In this document: piece by piece, positions 55,080 to 64,000 of the stretch
How the letters are laid out: each line of letters begins with the position of its first letter
How positions within the stretch are numbered: position 1 is the stretch's first letter
NCBI GenBank assembly: GCA_964016885.1
Contig: CAXHJY010000603.1
Span: 1-64,000 of the forward strand
From: Eledone cirrhosa
Lineage: Eukaryota
Direction: 5' to 3'
DNA length: 64,000 nucleotides
Made by a program: the position numbers and the translations under genes
Notes under the pieces: model-generated
Told to the model about the DNA's origin: nothing
What the model saw: the letters and a program-made list of their open reading frames with translations, nothing else
Databases searched by the model: none

Positions 55080-55856
55080 TAATGCAGATCCTGGGTACAC
55101 AAGATATGTAGTGGGATAGCAGGCAAACTAACAGGTAGGGAGAAATATGTATGCAGTAGATGTACAGGGAAATTAGACAGTAGAAGTCGCATTCATAGAC
55201 ACATTTTTCAAATGCAGGAGGGCACTATAGAAGTGGTGGATAGCTTCCGGTACCTAGGAGATCAGGTTAGCATGGGAGGAGGGTGTTCCGAGGCCATAGT
55301 ATCTAGAATAAGGACGGGTTGGAAGAAGTTTAGGGAGCTGCTTGCTCTGTTGACGAAGAAGGGTTTCTCCCTACGTACAAAAGGCCGGTTGTATGATGCC
55401 TGTGTGAGGAGCGCGATGCTGCATGGTAGTGAGACATGGGCAGCAACTGCAGAGGATATGCGACGGCTGGGGAGAAATGAGGCAAGCATGCTCCGTTGGA
55501 TGTGCAGTGTAAATATGCGTGAACGACTCAGCATGAATGTGTTGAGAGAGAAACTGTGTCTGAGAGGGATAGAATGTAGTGTACGGGAGAGGAGACTGAG
55601 GTGGTATGGACATGTGATGCGCATGGAGGATGACCGATGGGTGAAGAAGTGCCAGGAATTGCCAGTTGAAGGAAGACGTGGTAGAGGTAGACCACGAAAA
55701 ACATAGGCGGAGGTGATGAGAACAGACCTCAGATCATTGAAGCTCACGGTGGAGATGACGAGGGACCGTGACGAGTGGAGAGATGCTGTGCTGAATAAGA
55801 CACGTCCCACCCTTGCAAGCAGGGAAAAGCGGACGTAAAATGATGATGATGATGAT
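55080..55856 (+). mobile_element. 5'-truncated RTE-B copy
   Basis: ORF 55212-55706 and terminus closely match 11920-12697. Confidence 0.93.
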
Positions 55857-55972
55857 ATATATATAAGAATCAGTAAAATAATTAATCACCGCCCACCTCC
55901 ACATCTTGTGCATATAATATAGCCCTTTGTTTCTCTATATATGTATGTGTCTACCGTTCCTTCATAAACCAG

Positions 55973-56104
55973 TTCCCAGAACATGATCACAACACCGTCA
56001 TCCTGAAATACCACATCCACCAGATGCTGAAGAATGCACATGTCATGTTAAAAGCTGGTCAAATCCATTCAGATCAAGTCCTCATTAAGAGTCTGTTGCA
56101 CAAG
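55973..56104 (+). CDS. Second copy of the 132-nt candidate exon
   Basis: ttccttcataaaccag|TTCCCA...CACAAG|gtaaat; reads FPEHDHNTVILKYHIHQMLKNAHVMLKAGQIHSDQVLIKSLLHK. Confidence 0.55.
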
Positions 56105-56199
56105 GTAAATAGTATGTGTGTGTGTGTATTTATAATATTATAATTTTACAATTTCGTTTTGTAGATCTAGACCTACAAAACCAAATTATAAAAATATAA

Positions 56200-56370
56200 T
56201 TGTTTCTACTTTAGGCACAAGGCCAGCAATTATCCAGTGCATTACTGGTACTTTATTTTATCGACCCCGTAAGGATGGAAGGCAAAGTCAACCTCGGCGG
56301 GATTTGAACTCAGATCGTAAAGGGACGTAACTATGCTGGAAAGCATGGCGTCCGACCCTCTACCGATACT
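56200..56370 (-). mobile_element. Near full-length Meta-domain tRNA-SINE
   Basis: CAGTATCGGTAGAGGGTCGGAC...GAGTTCAAATCCCGCCGAGGTTGACTTTGCCTTCCATCCTTACGGGGTCGATAAAATAAAGTACCAG; absent from the paralogous left arm. Confidence 0.85.
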
Positions 56371-57720
56371 GATAATATTATAAAATTAGATTGTTTAGAA
56401 CTACAAGTGAAGCAGCTGAGGGTAAACAATATTCATTGTGTAATTTTTGGTTGGTGTACAAATGAATAAATTGTTGCTACGAGACCTGGTCACCCGACCT
56501 AACTTGCCCCTCAATGGGACAAACCTGTCTAACCCATGTTAGTGTGGAATATAGACGTTAATCGATGATGATGATGATGATGATGATGATGATAAACTTG
56601 AGTGTGTGTGTGTATGTAAGTCAAAAGTTAACAGAAACCTGCAAGGGTTATTTTGAGATTACAGATGAAGAATAAAGGGAGCATATTTTTCAGACTCACT
56701 TGAGAAGATTTAATTAAAGTCTCTTGACTTTCACCAATTCTTCCAATGATGTCTGCCCTCAATAATTTCCTTTCTCAGAAGTCTTTTCTTTAATGTATTA
56801 TTATTATTATTTTGAAGGTATTTAGTAATGTTATAAAGAGAATATATATGTGTGTGTGTGTATGAGTGTGTATGTGTGTGGGGTTTAGGTGTGGGAAAAA
56901 CTAGATAGTAGTAATGAGGTTGTATATGGGTGTGGTGGAGAGAAAGCAGTGGAGTTATTTAATACTATTGTTGGTGACTGTGTTCAGTGAAATGTAACAA
57001 TATAGTTTTAAATATCAAATTGTTTTCATCTTTAGATTATTTTTAAATCGGATGTTAAGAGGTCACACACAGGTGCACACACACAAGCACCACCACCACT
57101 ACCACCACCACTACTACCACCACCAACACCACTACCACTAACACCACTACCACCACCACAACAACCACTACCACTACCAACACTACCACCACCACAACAA
57201 CCACTACCACTACCAACACTACCAACACCACCACCGTACCACAATTACCACTACCACCACAACCACCACTACCATTAACACCACTACCACCACAACAACA
57301 ACCACTACCACTACCAACACCACCACCACCACCACCACCATACCACAATTACTACTACCACTACCACCACCACCAGCACCACCACCACCACCACCACTAC
57401 TACCACCCCAACTACCAATACCACCACTACTACCACCACCACTACCACCACTACCACCACTAACACCACTACCACCTCTACTACCACCACCACTAACACC
57501 ACCACCACTACCATCACCAATACTACCACTAACACCACCACCACTACCACCACCAATACTACCACTACCACCACCACCAACACCAATAAATGGAAACTAT
57601 ATCTATAAAACCATATTATTCTATTATATATATTTCAAGGGTACCATAAACTTTGAAGGAAAATTCAACTGATAAGTTATGGTTTCTTTGGCTATGTCAA
57701 CATTTATAAAACACCCTTTG

Positions 57721-57782
57721 TATTTTATCTGATGAAAGCGTACCAAAGATTTTGGTACCCTTCAAATATATATAATAGAATA
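57721..57782 (+). ncRNA. Minimal hammerhead motif with a G12->C core mutation, within fold-back element 57585-57830
   Basis: TATTTTAT-CTGATGA-AAGCGTACC..GGTACCCTT-CAAA-TATATA-TA-ATAGAATA. The inverted partial copy at 57615-57645 retains GAAA. Confidence 0.65.
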
Positions 57783-57835
57783 AATATGGTTTTATAAATA
57801 TAGTTTCCATTTATTTAGTATTATTGTATATATAC

Positions 57836-57874
<39 letters not shown>

Positions 57875-58065
57875 TGTAGATAAATCTACCAAGAGTTTAC
57901 GGTAGTGTCCAATCCGTATGAAGAACTCAATGTATTCCGGATATCATGGAAAGAAGAGATGTAATGAAAATCCACTTTCGGTGAAAGATAAACGGTATAC
58001 AGAGTCAAGATAAAATATTAAACAAATAATGAACAAACAATTCCTTATATTAAACAAAAAAAGTT

Positions 58066-58216
58066 CACTATTTAACGATCGTTTCTAGGGTATATATGTG
58101 TTATAATTGGTATGCATATTTAACAGATCTATGTACAAAATTATACAAAATTATACAAATTATCAAGATTAAATATACATACCTAACTCATATATACGCC
58201 GTCTTCAGAAATAATG
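58066..58216 (-). ncRNA. Extended-stem-II hammerhead motif (second copy)
   Basis: CATTATTT-CTGAAGA-...-GAAAC-GATC-GTT-AAATAGTG; one G.U in stem I relative to the 54456 copy. Confidence 0.78.
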
Positions 58217-58799
58217 AAGTATATTTATTGATAATAACAACAATACAAAATATCAGTTCAAAATTGACCAATGAAAAACACAAAGGGTTAAAAGCAGTTT
58301 GGTGTGTGTATATACATGTAAAAACCTTACACATATTTTACAATAATGTGTGTATAATTTGTATGTGCATACTAAAAAGATGGATGCAACCACAAAATTT
58401 CAAGGTTAATATCTCTGTAAGCTTAATGCGCTGATAAGATACGCAATGATACTTATGGAGTCAAGCATATAAATATATTTTTTTCATACTCACACATATC
58501 AGTATAATCACACATACATGTGCGTATATGCATAAATATACACATAACCACGAACATACAAACACACACACTCCCTCACTCACATTTATATATGTGGATA
58601 TAAAATCATAAGCAAATAGAAATTAAGTCACTCACATAAAAACACTGGTACACACATTTCAAGATCAAGATACAGAAATTAGGTGGGAGGGGGGGGGGGA
58701 GGGGTCAGTATTAGATTGTCAGACCAGACAGCCTAATATAAATGTATCTATAAATTAAGAAAAATAAAAAAATAAAAACAATAAAATATAATAAAATGT

Positions 58800-58978
58800 A
58801 CATACACATACAGATATACATACACATACATACATGTACGCGCACATAGAGATATCTACACATACATACACACACACATACCTATACTGTCATACACACA
58901 CATACATTTACACGAACATACACATACACATATAAAAAGATATAAATACACACACACTCACGCGCAACACATACACAT

Positions 58979-59019
<41 letters not shown>

Positions 59020-59583
59020 TATACACACACACATAGACTCATATATATATATATACATATACATATATATATACACAAACATATATATCCCCACACTCAT
59101 ACCACCATAAATACACATACAAACACCCACATGTATATATATATATATATATATATACATATCCACATACACACACGTACACATATATATACATATATAC
59201 ATACATACACACATACATATATATATATACACACACACATAAAAAACAGACATGCACATATATATATATATATATATATTTCATTACTCTTATATATACA
59301 CATAGTATATATACATACACAACCTCACTTATACACATATACACATAAGTTATATTACAATAATAATAAAGAATAATATATATATATATACATATATACA
59401 TACACACATATACATATATACATATATATATATATATACACATACATACATACACATACATACATACACCTAAATATATACATACATAAATACACACATA
59501 CGAATAAAGACATATATTCACACATAGACACCTATATACACATATACACATATATATATATATATATATATATCTATATATAT

Positions 59584-59626
<43 letters not shown>

Positions 59627-60070
59627 CACACACACACACACACACAGACACACATACACACTCACATATATATATATATATATATGTGTGTATGTGAGTG
59701 TGCGCAAATTCATATATATATACACACACACATACAAACACACACAAACACATACATATGCATACGTGCACACATACACACATATATCACATAGATACGA
59801 AGATAAACATATAAATAGAGAGACATACAAATATATACAGAACCCATATACACATACATACAAACACGCATATACATATACATACATATATACACATATA
59901 TATATATTCCTATATACAAGCATACACATACATACACATATATACATATACATACACATATACATACTACACATTCACATACACATACATATATAATACA
60001 TATATATACATATATATACATACATATGTATGCACAATCATATATACACACTCAATCTTACATTCATATT
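58800..60070. repeat. (CA/TA)n low-complexity tract
   Basis: Directly visible. Confidence 0.9.
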
Positions 60071-61385
60071 TACATGCTCATATATGTATTTTTATATTTA
60101 GAAATAAATACCAAAACCTATATAGACACCCACCTACACATATATTCATATATATACGCTTACAAAAACAGATGATAATAGTATGGGGGAAAGGGGGGGT
60201 TTGGAGAAGGGGATCAAAGTAAATATATGTTTCAAGAAACATATAATATTTTCCGTATCTTAATTCAATGTATGTTCTTACATATTTTCAGTGCTAGGAA
60301 ATACGAAATCTATGCATCCCAAAATAAAAAAGTATACCATTAATCATATGTTAACTAAACCAAAGATAGTCAACATATTGATTTCCAAGGTGTAAATTAG
60401 TTAGGTTTATAATATTTGAAGCAGAATTATGAAGTCAAACAGTAGTAGATTATTAATTACATTATAACTAAATTAAAGTTAATAACGTTATGGTATCAAT
60501 ATTAGGAGATGAATTTAGTAATAGGGAAAAGAAACCCAAATAAAAATAAAATAAAGTATTACATCGGTAGTAGCATATAAATTATATGTTAACTAAATTA
60601 AAAATTATATATTTATTTCAATAGTATACGTTAATTAGTATATGTTAATTAGGTATACAATACATAAAGCAGATATTGTATTTCATCAATAGCATAATAT
60701 AATTATATGCAAATAAAAATCAAAATTAATACGCATACATATACATATACATACACATACACATATATATACATATACACACATATATATATATATACAT
60801 ATACACATATATACACATATATACATATATAGTCACATAAATATACAAACAGATACACATACAACACACACATATACATATACATATAGATATACATATC
60901 TTTTTCAAAAAATTGCACAGAATATATTAACTAGGTATATATCCAAAACACATCCCATTCTATGATTACATGACATTCTGCAATTCGTCTGTACAAGGAT
61001 ACTAATTTTAAGCAAATTAAAATTAAAGTTTTAGGTTGATTAAAACTAAAACCAAATAATAAATATATTTCCAAAATGTATATTAATTAGGTCTATAATA
61101 CTAAAAATTCTTTCTCCGTCATAGGATACATGATATTATTTTGTTATATTTTATCTGTAAAAGAATTATAATAAAATAAATTATAATAAAAAAAATTATA
61201 ATAAAAGGTTAAAATAAATTAAAATTAATCTATAAATTAAATTACTGAGTATATATTAGTAATATTTAAAGGTTTTTCAAAATTTATGATTACATAATAT
61301 TTTCTCATCTGTAATAAAATATTAATTAAATTAAATTTATAGGTTAACTAACATTTAAATTAAATTAAATTCTAGAATAATGTTA

Positions 61386-63378
61386 TTAATTAGGTTTATA
61401 ATATTTAAATGTTTTTTTTAGTTTATGATTACACGATATAATTAATTCCTGTCTTTTATTTAATAAGATATCCCTAGACTTCATTATTTCAAATAGTTCT
61501 TGGGAACATAATCTACATTCCTTTCTATTATTTTGATAAGGGGTGGCTCTTTTGAGCACACTCCAGGTCAAATCATATTTTATATTTTTATTTTTATAAC
61601 TATTGATTTTTTCTGCTAGAGATGTTGTATTAGCCAGTGCGGCATTTTTAAAGCTATGTTTGTGGGTATTATACCTTGTCTTAAAATTGTTAGAGGTAGC
61701 TCCTATATATGAGCAAATAGAATCTTTAGTTTTAACATTACATTTATAGACTATGTTGTTAACAAGACAATTCCCTTTTAATGGGCAGTTTGTTTTGTTT
61801 CTACAGTTACATCCTTTCGTTAATTCTGTATTTGAGGAGATATTATTGTTAATTTGATGTACTGGTGGTATACTTATGGTTTTCTTACATTTATATGCAT
61901 TATATGCACTTATATTTTGTTTTATGTTATTTGTTGTAGAGTATGAGAATTTAACTGTAGACCTATTTAAGATTTGATGGTATTTGTGGTTTGGCGGGAA
62001 ATTTTTCTCAAGGATATAAAAAAATTTTTTAGCAATATTATCCTTAACTTGTAAATTAAAAGGAGCATTATACCAAGTAACTCGTCTATTACGGTTTCTA
62101 TGTTGTTTATTATTTTTATTATTTTTATATGTTGTATCATGATTTTTACTAGGAGGATTAATGTTAATGATCTCACCACAACTATTTTTAGTTATATTTG
62201 TAGATTTAGGTGTTTTATCTTTTTTATTAGGAGTTTTATTATTAATATTTATTATAGTCGTATGATGAGTAGTTTTTTGAGGGTTACTATACTTTATATT
62301 AGAAGATTTAGTATTTTGGGGTATACTGTGGGTGGCATTTAGGTGTGTACTTTTCATTTGGTGTTTGTTGGTAATATTATGCTGTATGCTTTCAGTATTT
62401 TTAGTAGAAGGTATATACTCTAATCTATTTTTGTGGCCACTTCTATCTAGAGCTTCATTATAAAAGGTCGCATTTTTATCAAATACATCTTGGTTAGAAG
62501 AAAGGTTAGAAATTCTAAGTGATATATTATATGCAAGGTTTTTAAGGATAGATTTAGGGTGATTAGATTGTGAGTGTATGTAATGTAATTTTTGGTTAGG
62601 TTTATGGTAAGGTTGGTATATACCCGTAGCTAAATCTAAAGTTATATCTAGGAAATTTACTACTTTACTTGTTTTTTCAAAAGTAATATTAAGATTATAA
62701 TAGTCTTTAAGGAAAGTTCTAATATGCTTTTTGTTTTTTTCGATTTCTGAAAGGCTAAGGTTGTTAGAAAGAAGAAGACAGTCATCACGATATAAACCAC
62801 CTTTGAGGTGGGGAAAAGAGGCATTTATGTTGAAAAGGAGAAAGAGGCCCACAAGATCAGTAATTTGGGCGGAATCGCTTGAACCCATAGTAATATCAAA
62901 AAGATTACTGTAAGTGTTTCTGGTCCAGTATTCATTCTGAAATTCAATAAGTGTTTGTCTAGCATGTGTAATAATGTTAATGTCATCCGAAGTTAAATTA
63001 GATCTATTTTTAGCAAATATTAATGCTTTGTTCAGGAGTATGGGTGATATAGAAGAATAGTAATTATCTATATCAAATTGTAGGAAAGAAGCAGAAGATT
63101 TACACCTAATATTTTTAAACCAATTAATTACCTGGGAGGTGTTTTCCCAGAGTGGTAAAATAACATATTTTCTTATTTGAGGGATGACTCTATCTAAAAT
63201 TTTTTTGCTAATTATTCCAATATCTGATTTGGAGGGACATATAAGTCTAATAGAAGGATTAGAGTTAAAGTTAGATTTGTGATCTTTCAGGTTGAAGTGT
63301 GGACTTTTCAATGCCAAAGGTTCAGTTCTATCTTCAATATTTAGTTTTTTTACTATGTTGTGTGTTTTGTTGTTGTTT
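61386..63378 (-). CDS. Penelope-like reverse transcriptase + GIY-YIG endonuclease, N-terminally truncated but otherwise open
   Basis: LKDHK.NF..NP..RLICP, QFDIDNYYSSI, MGSSDSAQITDLVG, LYRDD, FLDITL, YHKP, SNHP, WYNAPF, CNC..K..CPLKGNCL..NIVYKC...YIGAT..FKTRY..H, CRLC..E...LLNKRQE...C.H. The frame stays open upstream of the TTG 'start' to the inversion junction at ~63378. Confidence 0.93.
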
Positions 63379-64000
63379 ATTTTATTATAATTCTTTTACA
63401 GATAAAATATAACAAAATAATATCATGTATCCTATGACGGAGAAAGAATTTTTAGTATTATAGACCTAATTAATATACATTTTGGAAATATATTTATTAT
63501 TTGGTTTTAGTTTTAATCAACCTAAAACTTTAATTTTAATTTGCTTAAAATTAGTATCCTTGTACAGACGAATTGCAGAATGTCATGTAATCATAGAATG
63601 GGATGTGTTTTGGATATATACCTAGTTAATATATTCTGTGCAATTTTTTGAAAAAGATATGTATATCTATATGTATATGTATATGTGTGTGTTGTATGTG
63701 TATCTGTTTGTATATTTATGTGACTATATATGTATATATGTGTATATATGTGTATATGTATATATATATATATGTGTGTATATGTATATATATGTGTATG
63801 TGTATGTATATGTATATGTATGCGTATTAATTTTGATTTTTATTTGCATATAATTATATTATGCTATTGATGAAATACAATATCTGCTTTATGTATTGTA
63901 TACCTAATTAACATATACTAATTAACGTATACTATTGAAATAAATATATAATTTTTAATTTAGTTAACATATAATTTATATGCTACTACCGATGTAATAC

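Larger units (their letters stand above)
55865..57645 (-). repeat. Right arm of the inverted segmental duplication (copy 3), with a Meta-SINE insert and (ACC/ACT)n tract 57088-57585
   Basis: Reverse complement of 49278-50665. Confidence 0.88.
57876..64000 (-). mobile_element. 5'-truncated Penelope-like retroelement: RT+GIY-YIG ORF, long 3' region, hammerhead-bearing terminal repeat and 5' inverted segment
   Basis: ORF 61386-63317; 63376-64000 is the inverse of 60556-61180; hammerhead at 58066-58216; ends in (TA)n. Continuity of 58220-60555 with the element is inferred. Confidence 0.75.

Overview
This is eukaryotic, repeat-dominated DNA, most likely from an octopod cephalopod. That call is an inference from CORE-type and Meta-type tRNA-SINEs with RTE tails, dense RTE LINEs and very long (TA)n/(GT)n tracts. 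Most ORFs in the supplied track are microsatellite or antisense artefacts. Host-like coding content: (i) a ~5.2 kb intron-free minus-strand reading frame (1370-6598) encoding about six tandem NHL/TolB-like beta-propeller units, broken by 2 in-frame stops and 2 frameshifts; (ii) a phase-consistent three-exon chain at 30373-30898 (-); (iii) a 132-nt exon present twice, in the two arms of an inverted segmental duplication (50424-50555 -, 55973-56104 +). Mobile content: several RTE families, CRE and Tx1/L1 fragments, a hAT remnant, SINEs, and Penelope-like elements (PLEs), including a 5'-truncated RT+GIY-YIG copy with a 625-bp inversion. The ORF track does not show the RNA elements. By eye I find eight minimal type-I hammerhead ribozyme motifs from about six sequence families, plus six fold-back palindromes that keep only the 3' half of a hammerhead, nearly all beside (TA)n. 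There are also two large minisatellites (21 bp x ~97; 57 bp x ~61). Everything was read by eye; no alignment, folding or database search was run.
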